Assembly: GCA_951406725.2 (NCBI GenBank)
Contig: OX597829.1
Span: 52,514,001-52,578,000 of the forward strand
Length of the DNA stretch: 64,000 nt
Reading direction: 5' to 3'
Origin: Octopus vulgaris
Lineage: Eukaryota
In this document: one piece after another, positions 1-13,986 of the stretch
How the letters are laid out: the number at the start of each line of letters is the position of its first letter
Numbering within the stretch: position 1 is the first letter of the stretch
Made by a program: the position numbers and the translations under genes
Notes under the pieces: model-generated
Database searches by the model: none
The model's input: only the letters and a program-made list of their open reading frames with translations
What the model was told of the DNA's origin: nothing

Positions 1-383
1 GCCTTTTATATATTCTATTAATCTCATTTTGCTGAACCACTAAGTTACAGGAAACATAAAGAAACCAATACTGGTTGTCAAGCAGTGATGGGGGAACAAA
101 GACACATATATACGTGTGTACACCTTATCTATGTATGTCTTTGTATTTGTTCCCCCATCACTGCTTACAGACAGTGTTGGTTTCTTTGTGTGTGTGTTTG
201 CACACACACACACTCTCTCTCTCCCTCACACACACAGGGCTTCCACACAGTTTCCATCTACCAAGTTCACTTTCATTGGCCTAGGGCTATTGTAGAAGAC
301 ACTTACTCAAGGTTTCATGCAGTGGGACTGAACCAGGAATCATATAGTTGGGAAGTAAAGTTCTTACTACATAGCCACACCTG
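1..383 (-). mobile_element. Family A SINE
   Basis: Diverged reverse complement of 5988-6391. Confidence 0.8.
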
Positions 384-455
384 TTAATACTTTCTGTAGG
401 TCATCTCTTAGGTAATACAGTAATAGTAGAGAAGTGGTCATTGTCATCATTTTCT

Positions 456-741
456 GCTAGCCTTGGCCATTGCCAGCCTCGCCTGGCCCCCGTGCCGGTG
501 GCACGTAAAAAGCACCATCCAATCGTGGCCGTTTGCCAGCCCCGTCTGGCACCTGTGCCGGTGGCACGTAAAAAGCACCCACTACACTCACAGAGTGGTT
601 GGCGTTAGGAAGAGCATCCAGTTGTAGAAACACTGCCAGATCAGACTGGGCCTGGTGCAGCCTTCTGGCTTCCCAGACCCCAGTTGAACCGTCCAAACCA
701 TGCTAGCATGGAAAACACTTGTTAAACGATGATGATGATGA
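456..741 (+). mobile_element. Family B retroposon, 5'-truncated
   Basis: Two internal units and a (GAT)n tail. Other copies at ~21001-21152 (-), 24210-24390 (-), 25045-25355 (-), 38719-38823 (-), 46560-46830 (+), 49280-49500 (-), 51745-51925 (+) and 52995-53180 (+). Confidence 0.85.
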
Positions 742-1060
742 TATATATTGTTGTAGTTAGTCAGTTGTGTATTTGGAGATGATGTTATTTGAAGATGGGT
801 TTGAAGGATATTTTTCTGGTATGTATAATCTTTGGTTTGATTTTTATAGTTAGATGCCCTGTGGTTATGATATCAGACTGTATGCTTGTAGATCCCAAGT
901 TCAAATCCATTGCTGTTTTTTCTTTTTGTTATATTTCCACACATACCACTTTATTCTGCATTTCTCTAGTTTGTCTCCTTGTTTTATCTAGTAGTAGCAC
1001 TTCCATAGGAACTGACTTCTACTCAGAGAAGAAATAATTAATGGAAAATATTCCCCTCCT

Positions 1061-1428
1061 GGGCACAGGCATGGCTGTGTGATTACAAGTTTGCCTCCCA
1101 ACCATATGGTTCTAGGTTCAGTCCCATTGCATGACATCCTCAGTACATGTCTTCTATTTATAGCCCCAGGCCAGCCAATGCCTTGTCAGAATCTGGTAGA
1201 TGGAAACTGAAACATATGTATTTGTGCGTGTCTTTGTGCATGTCCTCCACCATTATTTTACAACCTGCGTTTGTTTGTTTACATCCCCATAACTTAGTTC
1301 AGGATAACAGACTAAGTATCAGGCTTAAAAAAAAAAAGTACTTGAGTTGATTCATATGACTAAAACTCTTCAGGTCAATGCTCCAGCATGGCAACAGTCC
1401 AACAACAGAGACAAATCAAAGGTAAAAG
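1061..1428 (+). mobile_element. Family A SINE
   Basis: Colinear with 5988-6391, diverged. Confidence 0.8.
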
Positions 1429-1892
1429 TTCTACTTTGTATCATAGAATTAAAAGTTAGTACTGGCCCTTTAAAACCCCCTTTGATTTATGAGGCAAAAT
1501 TTTTTACCTTCTGTTTTCAAACAAAGCCTGTCTTTAATTTAGTCCAGTGGACCAATTCAGATATTCAGTGAAAAGTTACACCCCTCCTGTCCCTGCCTCC
1601 CCATCAGTTAAACGCTTGTAAGTAAGCTTAAACAGAATAAGTAGTTACATAGGAAGTCTGTAAAAATTAAATTAAATACTATGGATATTATATATATATA
1701 TAACGATAATTAGAACCAGTAAGCTGTAAACAAGTGAAAGCTGTCAAGGCAAACATCAGGGGATTATCTTAGGTATTTAATTTTTAAAAAAAAATTCATT
1801 AGTAATACGAAACATTCGTTAGTACAGTATTGAATTTCTTTATCCTGTGATAATTTCAATGTTCCCTTTTTTATCTTTTTGTTTTTCTCACA

Positions 1893-2645
1893 AGCATGGC
1901 TGTGTGGTTAAGAAGCTTGCTATCAAACCATGTGGTCTTAAGTTCAGTCCCATTGTGCGGCACCTTGGACAAGTATCTTCTACTATGGTGCTGGATCAAC
2001 CTAAGCCTTGTAAGTGGATTTGGGAGGCAAAAACTGACAGAAGCCTGTTGTGTGTGTGTGTGTGTAAAGACTTACTTGGAAATGGATGCGTGGCATTCAA
2101 TCATATGATATAAATAATATATAAATGTATACATACATATATATATTGTGTGTGTGCATATCTTTGTGTGCATTACTTGAAATCAGTGTTGGTTTGTTTA
2201 CATCATCTTAACTTAGCAGTTCAGCAAAAGATCAATTCTGTAAATATCAGGTTTAAAACATAAGTACTGGCTGTGTGGTAAGAAGTTTGCTTCTCAACTA
2301 CACGGTTTCAGGTTGAGTCCCACTGTGTGGCACCTTGGGTGAATGTCTGCTATAATAGTTTCTGATTTTGTATATGGAAACCTAAAGAAGTCTATTGTGT
2401 GTGTCTTTGTCTAGTTTGTCCCCTCCACTACTGCTTGGCAATCAGTGTTGTATTTACAGTCCCATAACTTAGCTTTGGGCCAACCATAGCCTTCTCATTT
2501 TGTGAATGGAAACTGAAAGAAGCCCATCGTGTATCTGTCTGTCTGTCTGTCTGTCCCCCACAACTGCTTAGCAGTCAGTCCCATAACTTAGCTTTGGGCC
2601 AACCTTAGCCTTCTCATTTTGTAAATGGAAACTGTAAGAAGCCTG

Positions 2646-2678
<33 letters not shown>

Positions 2679-2910
2679 TGTCCATCCCCCACTGCTTGGC
2701 AATCAGTGTTGTATTTACAGTCCCATAACTTAGCTTTGGGCCAACCATAGCCTTCTCATTTTGTGAATGGAAAAATAAGTACCAGGCTTAAAAATAAAAA
2801 TAATAATAATAATAATAATAGAAGTATTGGTGTTAATTCATTTGTCCAAAATTCTTCGAGGCTGTGCTCCAGCATGGTTGCAATCTGACGAAGAAAGCAA
2901 GTAAAAGAAT
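1893..2910 (+). mobile_element. Two adjacent family A SINEs, the second with internal tandem duplication
   Basis: Heads at ~1893 and ~2267. cagtcccataacttagctttgggccaacc occurs three times between 2457 and 2750. Confidence 0.75.
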
Positions 2911-3427
2911 AATGAAGTCAGACAAAGATTGTTTTCTCTGATGTTGAAAATAGAATTCCCTTTCTCAGATGAGCGGACTCCTCTGCAGGGTGGTTAATGG
3001 TTGGGTAAGTGATTAAGTGAATAGGGATTTCCTCAGGGGTGGAGAACAAATAATATTTTGCTTAATGGATGGTTGATAAAGCTGAAAGACCTGTTTATGT
3101 TATTAAATGAACCAACTTGAAAGTATGCCTTTTGAATCAAGTTGTCTTACTAATGCTGTTTATGGAGCAAAATAATTTAGTTTTGAGGTTGTTCTTGTTT
3201 TTTAACCCCTGTTTCAACCTTGATGTTTAATCAGATGTGTCAGTTGGAACTCTCTCAACCATCTCTTTTCAGACATACTATATCTAGGACCGCATTGACT
3301 ATTGTGTGTTTTTAAGGAAGGAGGATGTGCTTATTTTAGCATTTGGATCACTCTGTCAAACATAGTGCTTTGTTTATTCCCATTGTTTTCAATTAATCGT
3401 GTACTGTCTCATAGCTTTGAGATCTCA

Positions 3428-3708
3428 ATGACGTGATTGTTTAATTTTAGAATGACAGTGTAAGGTGGGTGTAAGAGGCAAGATCAGGCCAGTTTGAACG
3501 TTAAAACAGGTAGAATATTTTGGCTAGATATGGCTGATTTATATAGTAAAGGATTAAAACATTTAGCTATGACGTGATTGTTTAAATTTAGAATGACATT
3601 GTAAGGTGGGTGTAAGAGGCAAGATCAGGCCAGTTTGAACGTTAAAACAGGTAGAATATTTTGGCTGGATATGGCTGATTTATATAGTAAAGGATTAAAC
3701 ATTTAGCT
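3428..3708. repeat. Direct tandem duplication, ~141-bp period
   Basis: 3428-3568 and 3569-3708 are nearly identical. Confidence 0.9.
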
Positions 3709-4289
3709 GTTAATATTTTTAGCAGTTCAATCAATGATGTGGAATTTTCTTTGTGGTCTAATTAGATACTTCAAAATGTAAAATAGTGAATGACCTTCAC
3801 AAAATATTGTAATTTACATATCACCAGGTAAAAAAAAAAATGCATTTCAGTGCTGCTATCAGAGTGTTAGATGAGAGGAGAAATGTTTCTGTTAGCTGAA
3901 CAGGACACCAAACAGTTATAGATAACTTTTTCATTTCATATGGGAGTTATTCTAAGGTAGCATACATACAGATCTAAAACAATGCGCAATGAAATATTCT
4001 AGTTGGAAAAGTGATAAAGTTTCTACAATAAATTTGAATTCTTGCCATGAAAAAGTAATCCAAATACCTTACCAGCATTTGAAAAAATTTAGATAATTTC
4101 CATTTACTATAAAATACTTTGATTTCTTTAGACTTGTCTTTAGGCAGATTTTTGTAGAAGTTATTCACGAGGGAAAGATTATTATGTACAGTGTACTTAT
4201 AGTTTTCTCTCCGATTGGTGGGAAAACTAGTTTCAGGCACATCACATCTAGTTTCCCACAACTAATTACAGTGCAAATTTGAACTTGAA

Positions 4290-4440
4290 ACATCAGTTGA
4301 GTTGTTGTAACATTAATCATAGCTACTCTGGTTTTAGTTTAGCTCCAGAGAAGAGCAGTGTTCAGTGAACGAAGTGAATAATTTGAAAATGGTTGTGCAA
4401 GAGTCAGGCATGAAGGTACCAGTCACCTGATCATGTCCTT
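4290..4440 (+). mobile_element. Old mariner transposase N-terminal remnant
   Basis: Degenerate SV..W...FENGCARVRHEG resembles mariner F..GR.S..D..RSGRP; interrupted by stops. Confidence 0.35.
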
Positions 4441-5864
4441 TTGCATGGTTTTGTTGAATAAACTGCTGAATATTGATGAGGTGAAAAATAATATACAAGT
4501 CATGGTTCTGCCTATTAAATCATCCCTAACAGACTTGGCCATGGTTATTGTAAGAATGATAGTTTGATGTCTCAAGTTCAAATCTGTGTAGTGATGTACA
4601 TGCTATTAATTTTCCTACTAAAATAGGTAAAGAATATTATAAGCATATTGCAGGTAATGACTTGTGCTCTTCTTTTTTTTATGGTGGTGGTGGTGGTGGT
4701 GGGGACAAACATAAGTAGCACTCTGTTGGTTGGAATGATGGATGATTCCAGTTAGTTTGATCAATGGCACAGTCAGCTCCTGAAATTAATGTGCCAGTAC
4801 CAGAGCACTCCACAGACATGTGTGCCCTTAGTATAGTTCTTGTGGAGATTCAGCATGGCACAGAATATGACAGGGTTGGCCCTATGAAATGCAATTTAAT
4901 TTTGCCAGCTGAGTGGACTGGAGCAATGTGAAATAAAGTGTCTTGCTCAAGGACACAATGTGTTGCCAGAAAATAAACTTCAACCTTATAACCTTACGAT
5001 CCAAAATACCCTAACCACTAAAGAATAATCATAAAGCAGAACGATTATGGTTGTCATCAACTTAAAATGATAATCTTCTAAAACTCTATAAACTTGTAGA
5101 AAACACGAAATGATTGGGTTTTTTTCTGTTTGTTATGAATCTTGAAGCAGATAAGTTATAAAAATTAATGGTGTGGAAAATATTAGGTCGAGAACTCCAC
5201 GGATAGAAAAAGTAGAACCTGTATCTCCTGTAAACACGACTGGTGTTTGATTTTGTCTTTACTCAATATTTACTTGCTGTTATTTATAACTTTGTTTGCT
5301 TCAAGATCCAATGTTTTAAAAATGAGTAACTTGTTTCAAGTTCAGACCTGTACTATAGTGACTAGAGGATCATGTTTAGTGATGTACATGCAACGTACCC
5401 ATTAATAGGGAAAAATAAATGTGCATTGTGGATAAGGAGTACCTCACTCTTATATTTGTTTTTATCACTTTCATGTGAAATGAAATGTGAGACTGGCTTT
5501 AGTTTTACTTCGATTACAGAACAGTGGTATTGTCTTTCTCATCTCTACTCACTGGTCTCTTAGTATTATGTTTCCTTTAATAATCTGAAACATTTAAAAT
5601 GTTTAATAGAAAAGAAATTCCATTCGAAAATAGTTTATAAAATAAATTCTATTTTTCAGAAATTCCAAATTTAAAATAAACAAAAATAATTATAGAATCA
5701 GTTTACAGCTAGTTGGCCATTAAAAGGTTAAGTGTTTGCCATGGTCACAGATAAGTGCCATTATCTGGATGTGCTCTGTTAATCTGTAGATTAGGTTCCT
5801 ATTATGATGGTTCTGTCATTATGGTTTTCATGTAGTTATCAGTAGGATTAAAGACACTGAGTAT

Positions 5865-6494
5865 TTAACCATTTTGTATTTAAACTGGCCGTATCTCACC
5901 CAAACATTCTACCTGTTTTATATTCAAACTGAGCAGGTTTAGCCTCTCACATCTATTCTACATCATTATAAAAAATAAGCAATCATAGGCGCAGGAGTGG
6001 CTGTGTGGTAAGTAGCTTGTTTACCAACCACATGGTTCCGGGTTCAGTCCCACTGCGTGGCACCTTGGGCAAGTGTCTTCTGCTATAGCCTCGGGCCGAC
6101 CAAGCCTTGTGAGTGGATTTGGTAGACGGAAACTGAAAGAAGCCCGTTGTATATATGCATATATATATATGCGTGTGTGTGTTTGTGTGTCTGTGATTGT
6201 CTCCCTAGCATTGCTTGACAACCGATGCTGGTGTGTTTACGTCCCCGTCACTTAGCGGTTCAGCAAAAGAGACCGATAGAATAAGTACTGGGCTTACAAA
6301 GAATAAGTCCCGGGGTCGAGTTGCTCGATTTAAGGCGGTGCTCCAGCATGGCCGCAGTCAAATGACTGAAACAAGTAAAAGAGTAAAGAGTAATCACATC
6401 ATCAAAATCTCAAAATAATGCATAATTAATTTAAAACTATGTGAATGAATTAAGCATTAAATTTAACAGAATAACCTGAATACTAAAGGATTAA
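5865..6494. mobile_element. TTAA MITE family M2, interrupted by a family A SINE
   Basis: ttaaccattttgtatttaaactggcc ... taaaggattaa. Related copies at ~3335-3560, 38984-39426, 46308-46531 and 62738-62955. Confidence 0.65.
5988..6391 (+). mobile_element. Family A tRNA-derived SINE, full length and young
   Basis: A box TGGCTGTGTGG, B box-like GGTTCAGTCCC, internal (TA/TG)n and 3' aagtaaaagagtaaagag. More than 20 related copies occur in the window. Confidence 0.9.
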
Positions 6495-6570
6495 GGTATT
6501 GTACTAATAAATGGGTCCAAGAAACTGAAATGGCAGGATGCTTTAATTAAGGTCTAGCTGATACTTCTTC

Positions 6571-6757
6571 TGTGGGGATATAAATTATGGTTGGGTATTA
6601 TGGTATATTCATGCTAATGGAGCTTCTTTTTTTTATTTGTTTATATATACATGTTGGTCATGGTTTATATTATGGGTTATATATAAATGTTTATACCTGA
6701 AATGTCGGGTCATTATTATATATTTTGGTGATGTTAGCTAGATATGTGGGGTATGTT
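6571..6757 (+). pseudogene. CYTB: NUMT: nuclear copy of a mitochondrial cytochrome b fragment
   Basis: In the invertebrate mitochondrial code it reads CGDMNYGWVLWYIHANGASFF, then a frameshift in a T run, then [41 protein letters not shown]. This matches the conserved cytb NYGW..HANGAS..H.GRG.YYG..TWN.G..GYV region. TGA is read as Trp. Confidence 0.93.
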
Positions 6758-8484
6758 AGAAAAGGTATTTGTTTGTAGAAATGTCAAAAACTTTGAGGAG
6801 ACTTTCTTTTTATGAGATAGCAGCTAGATATCTCAAATTTCTTACTGTCTTTAAAAAGGAGCCATGATGTCTTAGATATATCACTTTTGAATAAAAGATG
6901 GGTTGACCATGGTCGGATGCTTTTGCTCATAGGTGTATGTACTCAGTTAGGTCAGTCTTGGGGCTAAACAATAACAACACCTGTTCAAGAAATTGTTGCA
7001 ATAGTCTAAATTTACCCAGGAACATGTGCCGATGTTTATATATGAAGAACCACTCAACACATGCTAACACTTAAAAACGCATGTTGTACATTAAAATAAG
7101 TTATGAAACATGTATTGGAATTAGTAAATAACAATACTTTAGTCTGGAATCAAAATTAGTTACTTATCAAAAAGCTTAAAATAGTTCTCTTGTTTCCATT
7201 ATACAATTTCTAAATTTAGCTTGGATATGAGATTTTTTCATTAGAACTTTTATTTTACGTAGACTCTTGGCTTTCGCTGCAACTGAAATTTTAGCAAGAA
7301 AGAAACTGAAGTAAAAGCATGATATAAATGGTGGTGGTGTGGGTAATTTGTTTTTCTCTTTCTTGTTAATCAACTTGAAATAGAAAGATCGCTTTGTAGG
7401 AAAGGAGTAACAAGTAACTAAATACTGTGTAAATAATGTAATTTGTGATGTACGAGGGATGTAAGGATATATTTGATAAACTGTCTGACAATTCGAAACT
7501 GAAGTGTATAAACAGATCTTGTGGGGAGTAGTATTATGCCTAAAACCACCTGAGAAGGTACCAGGTTTCTGTGAGGAGTGTATCATTGGAGATATCAGAT
7601 ATGCCTTGCTTTATCAAACTTGGAATGTGGTACTTGATTCGGAGGTCATCCTGGTACAAATTAAAAGAGAATATGCATTACTTACATTAATGTTGAAATG
7701 AATATTATTCCTAAATTCCAGGAAATATAATATATTTCTAGGAAATATATTATTTTTGAAGCAATTAGATTTTTTTTTTTTAAGATAATTTTTTTTAAAG
7801 GAAAATTTACAAAATCTTCAACAGTAGTACCATTATGGTTTTCCCTCTCCCTTTGTTGATATGGATTACACAGGATTGCAAAAGGGAAGACCTTTTGTTG
7901 CTGGATCCCACTCTGGTGATTTGTTTTTTACTGCCTCACTGCTTTTAAGATATGCTCAATGATATAACAACTTTGTTCAACTATTTCACCAGTTTGTAGT
8001 TTCCTTGGCATCAGTCAGTTATTGTAACAAAGCCCAGAACCTTCTCTTCTCTGTGTCAGCTTGAGGTTTTGTGACCAAAACAAACCACAGTGGAATTGGT
8101 TGCATGTTTATATAATGAGCAGCCACATCAAATAATTTGATGCTTTTAGCTTCCATGTTTAGAAAAACCTCTATATTACTTTTATAAGCCATTCACATAT
8201 AGTTCTACCGCTGTTATTTTGCATTTCATGTAATTTTACCATCTTTGTAATTTTTGTGTAATTAAAGAAGTTTGTTTCCAAACAATTAGGTTTTGGGTTC
8301 AGTCCTACTGCATAGCACCTTAGGTCAGTGTCTTCTACAATAACCCTGGGCCAACCAAAATCTTGTGAATCAAACTGAAAGAAACCCATTGTATATATGT
8401 GTCTGTGTGTGTGAGTGTTCATTTCTCTTTGTCTAGATAACATGTGATATTATAAATGAATGTCACTGTCATATAAACAACATC

Positions 8485-8517
<33 letters not shown>

Positions 8518-9654
8518 CTCTTGCACTGCTTGACTACAGGTGTTTGTTTGTTTACATCCCCAAAAATTAGAGGTTTAGTAAAAAACAGAGACCTTGAATA
8601 AATATCAACCTTGAAAAAATAAGTACTGGGGTCAGTTTGTACAACTTCATGGTGGTGCTCTTGAAATTTCCAAAATGGGGACACAAGGTCGATTTAAGAA
8701 AGAAAATTTTTCATGGGTGGGGTGGGCAGTGTGATGGAATGCTATTTATTTTAATAAATTTAGTGTGACACAGATTTTACACACTGTTATCTGTTGAATG
8801 GGTAAGTTGTATGTATGTTCTGCCCTTTAAATATTTCTGTCACTTTAAAAAGTAACTTGATGCTACCAACTTAAACACTCCATGCCATTTATTCTGATTT
8901 ATGCTTGCTCTGCTTCTCTCTTTCTCTCTCTCTGGGTTGGGAACAGTTGGGTGCAGAGGGTGCAAGCACACTCCCTAAAATTTTGGGTGGGGTAATGAAA
9001 ATGTTTTGAACACTCTAAGTTGGACCTGGGCTTGCACCCACTAAGCAAATTTCATTCCCGTACTTATGCTCTCTCTCTCTCTCTCTCTCTCTCCTCTCTG
9101 TTTCTCTCTGTTTCCTCTCTCTGTTTCCTCTTTCTGTTTCTCTCTCTTTCCTCTCTCTCTCTCTCATGTATACATTTCTGATATTTTTTACCTAGTCAGA
9201 TGTCACCAGTCAACACAAAACTATGGCAGAAGACACTTGCATAAAGTGCTGAAGAATACATATTTCTTTTCTGTTTTACTACTTTCACTCTTTTAGGAAT
9301 GCATTCTTATCCTCCTCCTCCTCCTCCTCCGTTTTATACATGCAAATGTCCAGGGTGAATATTGACTACCATATTAGTTTCTCCCGGCATTGAGGGTTTG
9401 CAGAAACCACGAGGACTGCCTCTCCTCTAGCTTTAGCTAATAACATCCTTATTGAATGATATGTAGGTCTCATTTCAGTGTAAGTGATGAGTTGTCACAT
9501 GAGGATCTTGGTTGCATCATCATCATCATCATCATCATCATAGTGATGGTTATGATGAGGGGCCCTGATGCAGTTCCAGACAGTGGCTCTCATGGCTTCT
9601 GATCTTACCAGATTGAAAGTGTTATCATGTACATTGTTTTGTCTTGGTATAAAA

Positions 9655-9703
9655 GATGGTAGATGGAAACTGAAAGAAGCCAGTCGTATATATTTTATAT
9701 ATG

Positions 9704-9748
<45 letters not shown>

Positions 9749-9960
9749 ATATTTGTGTGTGTTTGTCCCCTCCCCACCGTCGCTTGATGGCCAATATTGG
9801 TCTGTTTTTGTCTCCAGTAACTGAGCAGTTCAGCAAAAGAAAGCTATAGAGTAAGTACTAGGCTTACAAAGAGTAAGAGCTGAGGTCGATTTGTTCGAGT
9901 AAAGGCAGTGCTCCAGCATGGCCGTGGTCAAATGACTGAAACAAGTAAAAGAATAAAAGA
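9655..9960 (+). mobile_element. Family A SINE, 3' part
   Basis: ggtagatggaaactgaaagaagcc through aagtaaaagaataaaaga. Confidence 0.8.
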
Positions 9961-9961
9961 A

Positions 9962-9993
<32 letters not shown>

Positions 9994-10897
9994 GGTCTGC
10001 ATTTGAATTAAATTTCTTCCTTTCTCGGCTGCTTAAAATATATCTTAGCATCCAACCAGCTCCTTCCTACTATGTTGGTTTATAATCTCTCACAACCATT
10101 TCACTCCACCAAACACTGTTGCATTTAGATTCTTTTCTGTTTCTGTCTTGATAAAAACAAACCAAACAAAAGAAAGAAAAGCCAAGAAAACAAAAATAAA
10201 ATATAACAAACAAAACGAAACAAAAGCTCTTGCAAGAAATTCTATACTTCCATTCCAGTAGTAGTCTAGCTTCTTAATCAAAAGACCACTTGGTGGATTG
10301 CTAGTCAGTACTCTTTCCACCCAATTCCTTGGTCTACAACTTTACCCTTTTATCCCTTGTCCTACTTATTTTCTTGTTTGCTGGGGTTATTTTTTATATA
10401 TTCCCCCCCCACTTCCTGGCGCTCACTCCTATTCTCCACAAATATTTTAGTTGATAGAATTAACTGTTGCAATGACTAAGAATCACTTGGACAGTGATTG
10501 TCAGTTAAGGTGGTGGAAAAGAAGAATCTTTATCCCTGTGGGATAAAAATTTACACAGAGTATATCGTACCTGAAAATGAAGCATTAATTTTCTGTAATG
10601 TAAAAAAAAAAAAGCTTAATAATAAAGTTTTTCCATTCTTTTTTCTTTCTATTTTTTCTTCATTTTTTTTTTTTGTTTCTGTACCTCCAGGGCAGTTATG
10701 CACTTTTTGTTGTTGCTTAGTAGTAAGTGGGGTAATTGACAAACTAACTGGCAAAGTGATAGGGGTAAATTACTGGGTAAGGGTTGGGGATCATAGCTTC
10801 ATTGTTGCTCTTATGGTTCAGTTTAGAAATGAAAAAAAAAAAACAAAAAAAAACAAACAAAAGGGCCATAAGCCAAATAATGTGTGTGTGTGTGTTT

Positions 10898-10941
<44 letters not shown>

Positions 10942-11294
10942 ATGCATATACAGTGAAGCTTGGTGCAGTCTTCTACCTAGCTAGCCTCTATCAAACTTTC
11001 CAACTCATGCCAGACAGACATATATATGTGTATGTGTGTGTATATATATGGATGTATATATATATATACACACACATATGGATGTGTGTGTGTATATATA
11101 TATGGATGTACGTGTGTATATATATATCTATCAATGTTGTATGCACACACATACATATATATGGATGCATGTGTGTGTATATGTTTGTATATGGATGTTT
11201 GTATATAAATATGGATCTGCATGTAAAATTAAGATCATGTATGTGATAATAAAAAATATAAATAAATATTGGTGAGTGAACTTTTAGATATAAA

Positions 11295-11650
11295 CGTGGC
11301 TGTGTGGCCAAGAAGTTTTATTTCCCAAACATATGATTCCAGGTTCAGTCCCACTGTATGGCACCTGTGTGTCAAGTGTCTTTTATTATGTCCCTGTGCT
11401 AACCAAAAGCCTTGTAAATGGATTCGGTTGACAGTAACTGAAAGAAGCTTGTCACGCTTGACAACCAGTGTTGGTTTGTTTACGTCTCTGTAACTTTGTA
11501 GTTCAGCAGAAGAGACCGATAGAATAAGTACCAGGTTTAAAAAAATGAAATAAAGCAAATAGCTGGGTCAATTCATTCCACTAAAACTTTTCAAGGCAGT
11601 GCCCCAGCATGGCCACAGTCTGCTGACTGAAACAAGTAATAAAAATAAAG
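11295..11650 (+). mobile_element. Family A SINE
   Basis: Colinear with 5988-6391; lacks the internal microsatellite. Confidence 0.8.
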
Positions 11651-12499
11651 TGGGTGGGGTGGGGCTTAGTCCCAATGATAATAGACTGAAATTAAGATAT
11701 ATGTAAATTTATTGTTATGGCATTGTTATTGAAATTAGTCCTAATTCATTAGTGCTTGAAAGGTAAAATATTGAATAGATGTGGGGGCCTTCAATAGCTT
11801 CCTTTTGATACTGGTGACAAATTGTTTGCTGGTTATTATGTTGGGTTTTTAGTTGCTGTTTAGCCCTGGGTCATCTCTGATCAAGTGAACTTAGGATTGA
11901 TGGTATTTTAATGGTGACCACCCTGTCTTGTTTTTTTCTCTCTTTTTTTTTATTTATCAAGCATATTATTATTTAGGACTGTGTAAATCAATGTGTCCTT
12001 TCTGGGGTTTTTTTTAAGAAAGGAGAGTGTGGTGAGAGATATTTGGCTGTTATTTCTAGCAGGTCGTTTAACTTCAAGGAGTCACCCTTGTTGGCTCATT
12101 AGCTGCTTAGTTGTATTTTGAGGCAGTGATGAGTGCTCTAAGTTGATGGCTGTAGTAAGCAAGAAAGCATAAATAAACAAGAGCCAACTTTTGTATGTTT
12201 TTACAGCATTGATTGCAAAAAAAGTGAGAGTTTACTACTGCACCAGCTTTTCTATCTCTCTACACTTTGTTGGTTGGTGGTAGATTTTTGCTGGTAGATA
12301 GATGCTCAGTGACATTCCTAAATCTCTAAACTTCTCTCTCGGGTTCCCTTCCTCCCACTTCTCCTTTGCCTGGTCTGAGCTTATTGCTGCTTACCAATGC
12401 TAGTTTGTTGTTTGTTCTTACAGTCTAGTTATAATACCTCCATCATTCCTACCCCCATAGTTAAGTTCCTATCCTCTCTTCCACATCAGCTTTCATTTT

Positions 12500-12536
<37 letters not shown>

Positions 12537-13541
12537 CCCTTTCTCTTCCTCTTCAAATGTAGTGTGTGCTTTCGTGATGGTGCCGCTTTATCCATCTTTC
12601 GCGGTGGTACTTTTGTTTTTGCCTGTTCTCTTGATTTCCACTGTCTCTCTTTCACCAACTGTATGACCTCTAGAGGTAGGTGCTTGCATAAAAGAACTTG
12701 TGATAATTGTCTTGCTTTCAAAGAACTAACAAGATGGTCTTGTATTTCTCCCAGTTCTGTATATATATATATAACATGATATAACGTATATAACATCATA
12801 TATGTGTGATTCTAACAGTTTAGCATATGTTGTCTGTGTAAATTTTCTTCAATTTCTACAACTTTTTTGTTTGTTAGAGTCCCTTTTACTGTTACTTTTT
12901 TTCCACCCTAAAGATATGCCAAAAAAAATTAAAAAAGAAGAATTAAAAATTGATAGATATTGCATAACGGTCTTTCGGTAACATTGTGTCAAGTTTCACC
13001 AAAGTTGTTTTAGATTTATAGATGTTTATCTATTTCCCTTATACTCCAAAACATAGTGTAAATTTGTCTGGAAGTAAACCCCATCTTATAAAAAGTGCTA
13101 GCTTCATGTTTATACTTGAATATTCTTGATAAAACAAGAACACAAAAAAAAGAAAAAGAAACAAAAAATGCTATTGTTAAACAAAAAACACTTGTTTTTT
13201 TAAATATTTTTAAAAAATGCTTTTAACCATCTTTCTAAAGTGCTTTACCTTTACATATCAAAAATAACATAAAAAAGTTTTCATGTGTTACATGTTTAAA
13301 CATGTATTTTTAGTGTGTATGAATGTGTTTATACATGTGAGAAAAATCATACTAATATCTACATTTTCATATAAAACTATTCTACAAGTGAGATTATAGA
13401 CATTTTTTTTTTGTACATATTGATGTAACAATATAAATAGCTGTGTGTGTGTGTGTGTGTGTGTGCATATTGTTTCAGTCATTTGACTGCCCCAGCATGG
13501 CCACAATCAAATGACTGAAACAAGTAAAAGAATATATATCA

Positions 13542-13593
<52 letters not shown>

Positions 13594-13767
13594 TGATATG
13601 TACTAATTATGTATGATTATATATATATATATATATAATCATACATAATTAGTACATACAATTATCTGTGCAGTGTTGTAGTTAAATATTTATGCTAATG
13701 AATTGTGTTTGTATGTTCACACATACACATTTATATACAAACATACACATAACTATTTGTGAGTAAT

Positions 13768-13804
<37 letters not shown>

Positions 13805-13942
13805 ATGACTATGTATGTATCATTTACTCACACAAATATCTGTGTGTGTTTGTCTATATAAACATGTGAGTCTATGTATGCATGTATGTGTGGTGCAAAT
13901 GGGTATATGTATGTATCTGTACACTAGTTTATAAAATAAACT

Positions 13943-13986
<44 letters not shown>

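Noticed and set aside
6021-6418. Recurring peptides such as EDTCPRCHAVGLNPEPCGW in many ORFs
   Set aside because: They are translations of family A SINE copies, not a gene family.
7504-7701. ORF with GFCEECII as a possible upstream FHA exon (GRxxCD motif)
   Set aside because: It lacks the conserved GR and a suitable splice donor.
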